The position numbers and the translations under genes are program-made. A stretch of 64,000 nt of DNA from Bacteroidota bacterium (GTDB lineage Bacteria > Bacteroidota > Bacteroidia > AKYH767-A > OLB10), in assembly GCA_024643795.1 (NCBI GenBank), contig JAHEMF010000009.1, positions 15,955 through 79,954 of the forward strand, in the 5' to 3' direction. This document shows positions 28,878 to 38,760 of the stretch, in pieces. The notes below the pieces were generated by a model. It did no database searches. It saw nothing but the letters and a program-made list of their open reading frames with translations, and was not told the origin of the DNA. How positions within the stretch are numbered: position 1 is the first letter of the stretch; each line of letters starts with the position of its first letter.

Positions 28878-31370
28878 CTACTCCTGATAGTATACTCGTT
28901 TCACTCTATGAGATACTGAAGTTAAAATTTCATAAGGAATAGTATCAAGATCTCTGGCCATATCAATTATAGTATAGCCGCTCCCAAACACTATTACCTC
29001 ATCACCCTCTTTTGCATCTGCACCTGTAACATCCAGCATGCACATATCCATGCATACGCTTCCAACAATAGGGCACAACATCCCGTTTATCACCATTTTA
29101 CCTGTACCATTTCCTAGTTTTCTGTTGAGGCCATCAGCGTAGCCGATAGATACGGTTGCTATTTGTGCATCTTTAGAAAGAACACCTTTTCGGTTATACC
29201 CCACTGTTGTACCGGCATTAACAGTTTTTATCTGTGAAATTGAAGTTTTGAGTGTTGATACAAATTCGAGTTGGCTTTGTTCAGATCCGGTTGCAGCTAT
29301 ACCGTGCAAACCGATTCCCAAACGAACCATATCAAACTGATATTCCGGGTAACGCAAGATGCCTGCAGAATTTAACACATGCCGCAGAATTTTTCTGCTA
29401 AAATGATTGCAGACACCATCGGCCATTTGTTTGAAAAGCTCACATTGTTGTCTGGTAAAATCGTCATGTGCAGGATCATCACTGGCGGCCAGGTGTGTAA
29501 ACACAGAAACAACTTTTAAATGCTTCAGGTTTTTTATACGAACCACCAGCTCATTGATATCTTTCTGAGTGAAACCAAGCCGGTGCATTCCGGTATCCAG
29601 TTTGATATGAACAGGCATCCTGGCTTCGGGATCTTTGATCGTTCTCTTCACAGCATCGCTAAAAAGCTGCAGTGTGCGAAAGCTGTAAATCTCAGGTTCC
29701 AGGTTATAGGTAACCATGGAATCAAAGCTCTGTTCCTCAGGGCTCATGACCATGATGGGAGAAGTGATGCCGGCTTTTCTAAGTTCGACCCCCTCATCTG
29801 CGTAAGCTACAGCCAAATAATCAACCTTGTGGAATTGAAGAATGTTGGCGATCTCATAACTGCCACTTCCATAAGAAAGTGCTTTTACCATGGCCATTAC
29901 TTTGGTTTCGGAGTGGAGTCGTGCCCGATAATAGTTAAGGTTATTTATCAGCGAATTGAGGTTTATTTCAAGAACCGTTTCATGCGCTTTTTGTTGCAGC
30001 ATTTTACTGATCCGTTCAAACCCAAACATCCTTGCACCTTTTAACAGTATGGTTTCATTGTGAAATGAAATACCTGAAATATCGTTCAGCAGCTCATCCG
30101 TATTTTTATAAAATGTTTTTTCAATACCAAATAATTCTGCTTGTTCTGATATGTGTTCCCCAACACCTATAAGTCGGCTTACGCCTTTTTCACGCAAAAG
30201 TGCAGCAACATCCGCATACAAGGTCGCATCTTTTCGTCCGCTTTGGAGGATATCGGACAGTATAAGTGTTTTACGCGAGTGCTGTTTTTGTTGATTTAAA
30301 AAATCCAGTGCAATAGTAAGAGACCCTATATCAGAGTTATAACTATCATTAATAATGGAACAGTTGTTTATGCCCTCCTTCAGCTCCAGGCGCATGGCTA
30401 CCGGGCTCAACATTTCCATACGACGAGAGATCTCATCCTGGTCAAATTTCATTAACAACATTGTTGCCCAGCAGTGGATGGCATTTTCAACGGAGGCATC
30501 ATCAGTAAATGGAATTCGTATAGAGATAAATGAATTGTCAAATACGGCCTGAATAAGAGTATCTGAAGTTGACTTTGAAACCCTTCCTATTTGCAAGTGC
30601 GCACGTGTTTTGCGTGACCAGGTAAATAAATGTCCGCCATCAGAGATGCCATCAGATTCTTTAATGATCTTGTGTATGGGCAAATAGTCTTTACAGTAAA
30701 TAACCTCTTCACAATTTTTGAAAAGATTCAACTTTTCTAAAACTTTAGCGTCAACCGATTCAAAATTTTCGGCATGTGCCTCTCCTATATTGGTTATGAT
30801 GCCAATAGTAGGCTTTATGATTTTTTCAAGGGTAATCATCTCCCCAGGGCGGCTTATACCCGCCTCAAAAATCCCAAGATCATCATCAGGTTTGATCTGC
30901 CACACTGATAATGGAACACCGATCTGAGAGTTGTAACTCTTTGGGCTGCGAACAATGTTGTGATCTTCTCTCAATAGTTGATAGAGCCATTCTTTAACCA
31001 CAGTTTTACCATTGCTTCCTGTAATGCCAATCACAGGGAATGAGAACTTTTGCCTGTGTGATGAAGCCAGTAATTGCAATGCAAGAAGTGTATTCTTTAC
31101 TACAATAAAATGAGCTTCGGGAAATTTTTCAATCCAGTTTGCTTTGGTTACAACAAAATTTTTAACCCCTGCCTTACACAAATCACCAATGAATTCGTGA
31201 CCATCACGCCGATCGCCTTGAATAGCAAAAAAAAGTGATGCCTCGGCGTTTATTATCTTACGGCTATCTGTCAAAAGGTACTTAACAGGACCTGCGCCAG
31301 CCGACCCTGCATGCAAGTCGCCCCCAGTTATTTTTGCTACCTGCTCTAAAGTATATATATCAGGATTCAT
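28878..31370 (-). CDS. murF: Bifunctional UDP-MurNAc-tripeptide:D-Ala-D-Ala ligase (MurF) / alanine racemase (Alr) fusion
   Basis: N-terminal Mur ligase with P-loop GITGSNGKT. C-terminal alanine racemase domain (MVKALSYGSGSYEIA... with a PLP-Lys region). 830 aa. Confidence 0.85.
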   Translation of the reverse strand: MNPDIYTLEQVAKITGGDLHAGSAGAGPVKYLLTDSRKIINAEASLFFAIQGDRRDGHEFIGDLCKAGVKNFVVTKANWIEKFPEAHFIVVKNTLLALQLLASSHRQKFSFPVIGITGSNGKTVVKEWLYQLLREDHNIVRSPKSYNSQIGVPLSVWQIKPDDDLGIFEAGISRPGEMITLEKIIKPTIGIITNIGEAHAENFESVDAKVLEKLNLFKNCEEVIYCKDYLPIHKIIKESDGISDGGHLFTWSRKTRAHLQIGRVSKSTSDTLIQAVFDNSFISIRIPFTDDASVENAIHCWATMLLMKFDQDEISRRMEMLSPVAMRLELKEGINNCSIINDSYNSDIGSLTIALDFLNQQKQHSRKTLILSDILQSGRKDATLYADVAALLREKGVSRLIGVGEHISEQAELFGIEKTFYKNTDELLNDISGISFHNETILLKGARMFGFERISKMLQQKAHETVLEINLNSLINNLNYYRARLHSETKVMAMVKALSYGSGSYEIANILQFHKVDYLAVAYADEGVELRKAGITSPIMVMSPEEQSFDSMVTYNLEPEIYSFRTLQLFSDAVKRTIKDPEARMPVHIKLDTGMHRLGFTQKDINELVVRIKNLKHLKVVSVFTHLAASDDPAHDDFTRQQCELFKQMADGVCNHFSRKILRHVLNSAGILRYPEYQFDMVRLGIGLHGIAATGSEQSQLEFVSTLKTSISQIKTVNAGTTVGYNRKGVLSKDAQIATVSIGYADGLNRKLGNGTGKMVINGMLCPIVGSVCMDMCMLDVTGADAKEGDEVIVFGSGYTIIDMARDLDTIPYEILTSVSHRVKRVYYQE

Positions 31371-31377
31371 GTGATTG

Positions 31378-31962
31378 TCAAGACCTGTTTAAGAGTTCTT
31401 CATTGAAACAACTTCTACAAAGAGGTTTATAGCTTTCCTTTTCACCAAGTTCAATCAACGAGTTTCCTGGTGTTGTCCTGAATGAATGATGCGCAAGGTC
31501 GCCACAATGTACACAAATGGCATGCACCTTAGTAACATAATCGGCAATAGCCATAAGCTGTGGAATAGGACCAAATGGTTTGCCCCTGTAGTCAAGGTCT
31601 AGCCCGGCAACAATAACGCGAATGCCTTCACGAGCCAACCGCTCGCATACGTTAGGCAATTCAGGATCAAAAAACTGTGCTTCATCAATTCCTATTACGT
31701 CAACTCCGCCCGAAAGTAGCAAGATGTTTCCCGATGAAGGAACAGGAGTGGAGTGAATAGAATTAGAATCGTGTGAAACTATATGTTCTTCTGAGTATCG
31801 GGTGTCAATGCCCGGCTTAAAGATCTCAACTTTCATGCGTGCGATCTTTGCGCGTTTGAGTCTTCGTATCAATTCTTCGGTTTTACCCGAAAACATGGAA
31901 CCACAAATAACTTCAATAACGCCACGTGAGCGGGAAAGACGACCCGGATTATCAAGAAACAT
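31378..31962 (-). CDS. tdk: Thymidine kinase
   Basis: [16 protein letters not shown]-loop and C-terminal Cys zinc ribbon (CVHCG...CRSC). Confidence 0.9.
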   Translation of the reverse strand: MFLDNPGRLSRSRGVIEVICGSMFSGKTEELIRRLKRAKIARMKVEIFKPGIDTRYSEEHIVSHDSNSIHSTPVPSSGNILLLSGGVDVIGIDEAQFFDPELPNVCERLAREGIRVIVAGLDLDYRGKPFGPIPQLMAIADYVTKVHAICVHCGDLAHHSFRTTPGNSLIELGEKESYKPLCRSCFNEELLNRS

Positions 31963-32322
31963 ATTGCAAAATTAAGGGGAACTTAGCTCGATAGAAAGCC
32001 CTTATTCGAAATAACCGAAACAAGGCAACGAATGATCGTTGTATAACGACTTTCGAAGACCCAGATGTAACTCTGAAGTTTTATAATTATCGCCTGAGCA
32101 AAACATAGAATATGTTCTCTGGCTTACACTACTGGAAGCAATATTGCTTAATGAGACGAACTCCATGATCTCCTTTTGCAACTGAATAAACAGCGCAAGA
32201 GAATGTTGAAAGGGGTATACTTCGGGGGTTAGCATAGCCATCCCCGAAAGTAATAACTCACAGTGAAATTAACAATTGAATAATTAGAGGGATTCGTTAT
32301 TAATGTACCCCGCAACACATAA

Positions 32323-33579
32323 CTATTTGATTTTTAAAAACTTAGATTGAGAAATTTGACTCCCCGACTTTAATATGATATTGTAAAAACCAGGCTCCAA
32401 ACCAGAAATATCCAGAGTTACTGTTGACAACCCAGCACCTTTATTAACAAATTCATTTCTAACTACCTGTCCGGTTGATGAGCATATTATTACCTCAGCC
32501 GAAGGTTTGTCCAAGGCTGTGACAATATTAAGCTGGTCATATGTAGGGTTGGGGTATATTTTAATAAAAGGGATATTATTCGATGCATCATTCAATCCAG
32601 TGACCGAGACTAGTTCTTTGGCGAACTCAAACTCACCATTTGCAGAACCTCCGAATGCTGTGAACATCATCTTCCAGATCTGTCCTGACCTATCTTTTAC
32701 AAAGTAAATTGTAGAATCAGCCAAAACCCAAGAAAAACTACTTAGGTCGAAACTCTTCCAATCATAACCAATACCATTAATATTTCCGGAATAAGAGTTT
32801 GACCATGGGTTTGCAATTGAAAAATCAACAGGATATGCTTTTGCAACTTCCACACTATCGTTACTTAATACACCGGTAACCTTATAAATTATTGGAGTTA
32901 TAGCCAGGTATTGATGGAATACAAGATCCCAGTCTGTGCTTAAAGGTTCACGGTCAAGGGTGGTATTGTTGACAATGGAATAATAACCAAAATTTTTACC
33001 TGAAAATGAAGATTTATCCAATGTTGCAATAACTTCATTTGTACCATCTACGTTAGCATGTCTGAATGTGTATACATTACCCGCCAAAGACTCTATCCAA
33101 ATTTTTTTAACATCGCCAGTAGGCATTATCATGAAATAAATAGAATCGCCGGTCACAATTTGTGTATTTACATCATAAAACCCCCAGCCCTTATCATAAA
33201 CATTTGATGCATCAAGGCCATGGTTAAACGCACCAAACCACCATGTCGTGTCGCTGTTGTATAGCTCATAGTTGGTGTTAAATATACCCACAGTATCGAG
33301 TGAAATAATATTTGTCCAGTCAACAGAAGCAAACCCGGAGCTGAACAACCTGACGTTATTTTTAGAGTTGACCAATATTGAGGATTCGGCTCCGTTTATC
33401 TGAAATGCCATATCCCAGTTCAAATTATTTTCACTGCCGATCTCACCCATGGACATATTATAATATACCTGATCAGTATATCCGGCGCCTATTGACACAA
33501 TGTCAAAAACAGGTTGCGCTTTTGAGGATGTAATTACAATTAAAGAGAGTAGAATAGTAGTTTGATAAAGTTTTTTCAT
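32323..33579 (-). CDS. Hypothetical secreted protein with T9SS type-A C-terminal sorting domain
   Basis: Signal peptide. C-terminus IKIYPNPTYDQLNIV...GFYNIILKS. I recognise no catalytic motif. Confidence 0.7.
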   Translation of the reverse strand: MKKLYQTTILLSLIVITSSKAQPVFDIVSIGAGYTDQVYYNMSMGEIGSENNLNWDMAFQINGAESSILVNSKNNVRLFSSGFASVDWTNIISLDTVGIFNTNYELYNSDTTWWFGAFNHGLDASNVYDKGWGFYDVNTQIVTGDSIYFMIMPTGDVKKIWIESLAGNVYTFRHANVDGTNEVIATLDKSSFSGKNFGYYSIVNNTTLDREPLSTDWDLVFHQYLAITPIIYKVTGVLSNDSVEVAKAYPVDFSIANPWSNSYSGNINGIGYDWKSFDLSSFSWVLADSTIYFVKDRSGQIWKMMFTAFGGSANGEFEFAKELVSVTGLNDASNNIPFIKIYPNPTYDQLNIVTALDKPSAEVIICSSTGQVVRNEFVNKGAGLSTVTLDISGLEPGFYNIILKSGSQISQSKFLKIK

Positions 33580-34067
33580 TATTAACTATAAAATAAAGAT
33601 TTCATATGCCCAAATCCTTTGCAAGCAACTTTTGATGAATTCACTAATGCATAACAGCCTCTTCTGAAAACTATTTTACGGCCTGATACGCTTCTGAAAA
33701 ATCAAAAAGAACCTTTAAAAAGAAGCATCATTTTTTCAAGGTGCGAAACTAAGGAGCATAATTATTAATAACAGGAATAGAAATGCCCAAACCGGTTCAA
33801 ACGGAGTTGAAATGACAACCGTATGACAATGCAATATTTTGAACTACACTTGTTTTTTCTTTGGCTAAACCGGTCCAGGCTTGTAACCGATGAGTAGGTT
33901 AAAATCCCACCGAAAGAACAAATATTTGATAATCAGTTAGTTAATAACTCACCACGCTTCACTGGTTTTCATAAGTTTATATAGCAATCCTGTTAGATAC
34001 CTGAAGTAATTAATTTTCGTTATTAATATAAGTTGAGGTAGTTTTACATTCAATAAACCAATGACCA

Positions 34068-34742
34068 ATGAGCATTAATAAACAAATTGAAGAGTTAAGT
34101 GAGATCTGTAGAGAACTTGGATCGGTAAATTCTATTCATAGAATAGAAAAAGATATAATGCTTTCCAAAATAAGAGAAGCATATGAACTTGTATTAATGT
34201 TGAACACAAAGGTTGAGCAAGCTGAAGCACAACAAAATGAGCCGCATACTGCAATTGTAGATTCAAATGAAAACACAGGCATTCAGGAAATGAGCATAGC
34301 AGAGCCTGCTATAGCTCCAGCAAAAACTCAATCGGAACCGGCACTACCGAACTCAAGAACCGAAAAGATATCATCGGCAACAGGCACTTTGTTTGATGAA
34401 ACACCATCAGATGGTAAGCATCTGATAAGTGCAGTTTCATCATTGAATGAAAAAAGACAAACTGCCGTTTTGGATATGAGCATTGGAGAGAAGCTTGGGA
34501 AAAAGCCCTTGATAGACTTAAAGAAGTCGATTGGCATCAATGAAAAGTTTTTGTTTGTAAACGAATTATTTGATGGTAATCTTCAGGAGTATAATGAATG
34601 TATAGATGTTTTGAATCAGGCCGCCAGCAAGGAATCGGCTATGGAGTTATTAGATCAGAATTTTATTCAGAAATATAATTGGGATTCAGAGAATGAGGCC
34701 AGAGTACTACTTTCCGAACTTGTTTCAAGAAGATACTCGTGA
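34068..34742 (+). CDS. Hypothetical protein (224 aa)
   Basis: Clean ORF with a coiled-coil-like N-terminus. No recognisable motif. Confidence 0.5.
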   Translation: MSINKQIEELSEICRELGSVNSIHRIEKDIMLSKIREAYELVLMLNTKVEQAEAQQNEPHTAIVDSNENTGIQEMSIAEPAIAPAKTQSEPALPNSRTEKISSATGTLFDETPSDGKHLISAVSSLNEKRQTAVLDMSIGEKLGKKPLIDLKKSIGINEKFLFVNELFDGNLQEYNECIDVLNQAASKESAMELLDQNFIQKYNWDSENEARVLLSELVSRRYS

Positions 34743-34763
34743 AATGTAATTGAAAATGTTTAG

Positions 34764-36029
34764 ATGAATATTATTAAAACACTTTGCATATTCATCATTT
34801 TTGAGGCAAGCTCGCATACTCTCTCTTACTCGCAAACCTTAGTTTTTGATACTCTTTCCGTGCGTAAGGACATGATTGCACTTTCAGGTAAAAAATTCTG
34901 TGGCAGAGGGTATGTACAAAATGGCGATCTAAAAGCTTCTGAATATATCCGTAAAAAATTTGATCGTTTTGGATTAAGTTATTTTTCAGATCAACCATAT
35001 CAATATTTTAAATTTAATGTCAACACATTTCCGTCTGCCCTTAAGTTGACAGTGAACGGCAATAAATTGTTGCCGGGAAAAGATTATCTCATCCACCCTT
35101 CCAGCCCATCATACAATGGGAATGCTGTTTTATCGGCCTCTGATAATAAAGTTGACAATAGCTTTGGTGTTGCCAAGCTTAAAGGGGTTTCAGCAAAAGA
35201 CAGGAAAGCATTCATAGATAGCCTGGCAGGTTTAAATGGTCTGTATGACGGTATAATTATAACGGATGAAAAGAAGTTGACATGGTGGGTGTCAGATAAA
35301 CAGAATGAGGTTCCGGTGATCCTTGTCAGGGATAGTGTGATCTTTGAAGAACAAGGAGGCTGTAAACTTCATGTAAAGTCAAAACTAAAGGAGCACGAAG
35401 CAAGAAACGTAATAGCCTATGTTCCCGGTGTCGTAAAAAGCAGTAAAAAAATCGTTATCACAGCACACTACGATCATCTGGGTAAAATGGGCAAGCATTG
35501 TATGTTTCCCGGTGCAAACGATAATGCCAGCGGCACATCTTTACTGATGGAACTCGCAAGGTTCTATATGCTTCCTGAGAACAGAACAAACACTACCATT
35601 GTTTTTATGGCTTTCGCAGGTGAAGAGGCGGGTTTACTGGGATCGAAATTTTTTGTGGAAAACCCATTGTTCCCATTAAATGAAATTAATTTTCTGATCA
35701 ATCTGGATCTGCTTGGAACAGGAGAGGATGGAATGATGGTAGTTAACGGAGAGGTTCATAAAGAACAATTTGAACTGCTGGATTCATTAAATACATCGGG
35801 AGGATATTTTGGTAAACTATCAAAAAGGGGCAAGGCTGCCAACAGCGACCATTATCCTTTTAGTGAAGCAGGCGTTCCATCATTCTTTTTTTATACCATG
35901 GGCCCCAGAACAGCATATCACGATATAAATGATACAAATGAAACCCTCGACTTCCCAAAAATGATCGAATCTTTAAAGTTGATAACTGATTTCATAAAAA
36001 TATTGGACAACCGGTCAGATGTTAATTAG
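34764..36029 (+). CDS. M28-family zinc peptidase
   Basis: TAHYDHLGKMG...PGANDNASGTSLLMELAR and FAGEEAGLLGS motifs; signal peptide. Confidence 0.8.
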   Translation: MNIIKTLCIFIIFEASSHTLSYSQTLVFDTLSVRKDMIALSGKKFCGRGYVQNGDLKASEYIRKKFDRFGLSYFSDQPYQYFKFNVNTFPSALKLTVNGNKLLPGKDYLIHPSSPSYNGNAVLSASDNKVDNSFGVAKLKGVSAKDRKAFIDSLAGLNGLYDGIIITDEKKLTWWVSDKQNEVPVILVRDSVIFEEQGGCKLHVKSKLKEHEARNVIAYVPGVVKSSKKIVITAHYDHLGKMGKHCMFPGANDNASGTSLLMELARFYMLPENRTNTTIVFMAFAGEEAGLLGSKFFVENPLFPLNEINFLINLDLLGTGEDGMMVVNGEVHKEQFELLDSLNTSGGYFGKLSKRGKAANSDHYPFSEAGVPSFFFYTMGPRTAYHDINDTNETLDFPKMIESLKLITDFIKILDNRSDVN

Positions 36030-36062
36030 TTAAGTAATTTTGTTCTTGAAATTTTACAAATT

Positions 36063-37439
36063 TTGAAAGAACAATTTCAGCAATTCAAATCCCGGGTTAG
36101 TGCAGCGTTGGCGGATGCTGAGATGCAAGAAAATATTCAGTCCGCAAGGGCAAACTATCTAAAAGCTTTTCGCAAATCGTCGGGAACAGTTGCTAACCTC
36201 GAAACCATACGGAAGAGAGCTGCATTTACCCGATGGAAGTCTATTGAAAATCTCGATAAATATTTAATAGAATTCGAATCAAACTTTATCCGTAAAGGCG
36301 GAAAGGTAATATGGGCTCAGGATAATCTTGAAGCAGTAAGTGAGATCATTGGTATAATTAATCGCTCAGGGAGTAAGCTTGTTGTGAAGTCGAAAACGCT
36401 GACTTCAGAAGAGATCGGACTTGACGAAGCCTTGCTTCATCTTGGTAAAGAGTGGGTTGAAACCGACCTAGGGCAGTATATTTTGCAACTAAGCGATGAA
36501 AAACCTTCACACATGGTCATGCCTGCTATTCACAAGTCAGCTGAAGATATTTCGCAACTTTTCTCCAACAAACTTGGAATTGATGAAACGCATGACATTG
36601 GCAAGTTGGTCCATTCCGCATCAAACTTTATAAAAGAAAAATATAAGACAGCCGGTGTTGGAATCACCGGAGCAAATTTTTTGATCGCAAACCCAGGAGC
36701 CATTTCCATTACGGAAAATGAAGGTAATGCCTGGATCACTTCATCAAAACCCAAAGTGCATATTGTTATTGCCGGTATCGACAAAATAATACCAAACCTG
36801 AATGATCTATCACACCTACTGCCATTGTTAAGTATGTACGGCACAGGCCAGCCTTTAACAGCATATAATTCTATCATTTCAGGCCCCAAAAAAGCCGTAG
36901 AGAAGGATGGCCCTGAAGAAATGTATGTGATACTTATTGATAATGGAAGGTCTAAAGTGCTTGACAGAGAGCTTGAAAGGAAAGCCTTGTATTGTATAAG
37001 GTGTGGTTCGTGCCTTTACAATGATCCCATATTCAGAGTAATAGGAGGTCAGGCATATCAATCAACCTGGATGGGGCCTATTGGCACAGCTGTTTTACCG
37101 ATAATGGATGGCCAAAAAGCAACAGGATTTTTATCTGAGCTTACAACTTTGAGCGGCGCAGACAGCGAAGGGTGTCCGGTTAATATTCCTTTTAATAAAA
37201 TTTTGCTGAATCAAAGAAAAAAACAAACATCAAAAAGTACGATCAATTCTACTGAAAAGATGTTTTTCTATTTGTGGAAAAAAGCAATGTTAAAAAGAGA
37301 GATCATTAATTGGAAAAATATCAGGTCGCGCAATTTTCTATTTAAGAAACTATTTTTGAAATCACCTGATAATTTACGCGAAATGCGTTTGCCGGCAAAA
37401 GTTTCATTCAATGAATCGTACCGACAAAAGTTCAAATAA
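36063..37439 (+). CDS. LutB-like iron-sulfur protein (LUD/DUF162 domain plus 4Fe-4S motif), stand-alone
   Basis: The N-terminus aligns with LutB/YkgF. CIRCGSCLYNDP ferredoxin-like cysteine cluster. Apparent TTG start. The basic, low-complexity C-terminal 80 aa are atypical. Confidence 0.65.
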   Translation: MKEQFQQFKSRVSAALADAEMQENIQSARANYLKAFRKSSGTVANLETIRKRAAFTRWKSIENLDKYLIEFESNFIRKGGKVIWAQDNLEAVSEIIGIINRSGSKLVVKSKTLTSEEIGLDEALLHLGKEWVETDLGQYILQLSDEKPSHMVMPAIHKSAEDISQLFSNKLGIDETHDIGKLVHSASNFIKEKYKTAGVGITGANFLIANPGAISITENEGNAWITSSKPKVHIVIAGIDKIIPNLNDLSHLLPLLSMYGTGQPLTAYNSIISGPKKAVEKDGPEEMYVILIDNGRSKVLDRELERKALYCIRCGSCLYNDPIFRVIGGQAYQSTWMGPIGTAVLPIMDGQKATGFLSELTTLSGADSEGCPVNIPFNKILLNQRKKQTSKSTINSTEKMFFYLWKKAMLKREIINWKNIRSRNFLFKKLFLKSPDNLREMRLPAKVSFNESYRQKFK

Positions 37440-37442
37440 AAA

Positions 37443-38693
37443 TTACCGAACTATTTGTATCAGTTTCCCTGCCCTTTTCCCCGAGTCGTCTAAAAGGTGT
37501 ACCACATAACTTCCTTTAGAAATTTTTGATGGTATCAGAAAGTGCAGAAAGGCGGTATTATTATATGGCAGCTCATACACTATTCGTCCTGCCAGGTCTG
37601 AGATAATTACAACACCACTTTTATTGCCGGGCTGCAGTACAATATTTAAATAATCGCTGGCAGGGTTAGGGTAAACACGGATCTGTAATGAGTTCAGATC
37701 ATCAGAGATGCCCGACAGTAGTGACTCGTCGAGTCTTGCCAATCCACCCGTTTGCATACCAACCCATATAACACCTGCTGAATCTGATCTTATACATTGC
37801 ACAAAATTATCGGGCATCAAGGAGTTTTGAGTGTTATAAACAATAAAATTCAACCCTGACTTTTTAACCAACCCTGAATCTAGTGTGCCAGTCCAGATAC
37901 TACCATTACTTCCTGCCGTAATGCTTGTTGTGCTGTTTGATGGAATAGACGATGACAAAGTATTATATGTTAAGAAAGATACTCCTCCTAAGTGTGCTGA
38001 TATTCCCGATGCAGCGGTAGAGATCCATAGAATGTTTTGATCATCTCTTACAAGACCTAATAATGAATTATCAGGCAATGAAGAATTTGCCAACGTATAT
38101 TGAGACCAGTTAGAGCCATTTTTAAAACTAATTCCACCGTTTATGGTGCCTACCGTCAATATGTTTGTTATGGTGTCTACATTCAGCGAAGCTATGTTAC
38201 TGGAGCCGATAAGAGAATTTGATGCATCATAAAGAGTCCACACACCTGCGCTGTCAAGGCTAGCCAGGCCTCCGATAGTGCCTATCCAAACAGTTTTAGC
38301 CGTATCGACAGCCAGAGATTTTACATAATTATCAGGTAATAATGAATTGGATGTATTAAATACTGTCCAGGTAACTCCATCATACTTTGCCACTCCTCCA
38401 TTAAAAGTACCTACCCAAAGATTACCGGAATGATCACTAACCAATGCGCGTACTGAATTGTCAGGTATGCCAGAATTAAAAGTTTGGTAAACCACCCAGG
38501 CTTGGTCATCATATGACGCAAGCCCAAAGTCGGTACCGATCCATTTAACATTGTTTTCATCGATCAAAATTGCTCGCACAGAATTTTCAGGTAAAGGCGA
38601 GTTGATGTTATTGAAAATGGTCCATGCATTTTGAGCAATTGCCGGGCTCATAAACAAAACAAGAACAAAAAGATAGATGATTTTTTGCCTCAT
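37443..38693 (-). CDS. Two-component-regulator-propeller (Reg_prop) repeat protein with T9SS type-A CTD
   Basis: Repeats of the W.GT..GG.A.Y type. Signal peptide MRQKIIYLFVLVLFMSPAIAQ. C-terminus VYPNPASDYLNIVL...GSYVVHL. The track start at 38732 is a TTG. Confidence 0.7.
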   Translation of the reverse strand: MRQKIIYLFVLVLFMSPAIAQNAWTIFNNINSPLPENSVRAILIDENNVKWIGTDFGLASYDDQAWVVYQTFNSGIPDNSVRALVSDHSGNLWVGTFNGGVAKYDGVTWTVFNTSNSLLPDNYVKSLAVDTAKTVWIGTIGGLASLDSAGVWTLYDASNSLIGSSNIASLNVDTITNILTVGTINGGISFKNGSNWSQYTLANSSLPDNSLLGLVRDDQNILWISTAASGISAHLGGVSFLTYNTLSSSIPSNSTTSITAGSNGSIWTGTLDSGLVKKSGLNFIVYNTQNSLMPDNFVQCIRSDSAGVIWVGMQTGGLARLDESLLSGISDDLNSLQIRVYPNPASDYLNIVLQPGNKSGVVIISDLAGRIVYELPYNNTAFLHFLIPSKISKGSYVVHLLDDSGKRAGKLIQIVR

Positions 38694-38760
38694 GATACCT
38701 GACAAGATACAACTCCAATAAAGCCTTATCAATGACCGGGGTCATTTTTTCAAACAATGG

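Noticed and set aside
32002-32241. 79-aa ORF in the tdk / T9SS-cargo spacer
   Set aside because: No recognisable fold or motif. It is the only ORF in a region better explained as UTR or promoter. It is kept as a possible ncRNA region in the findings.
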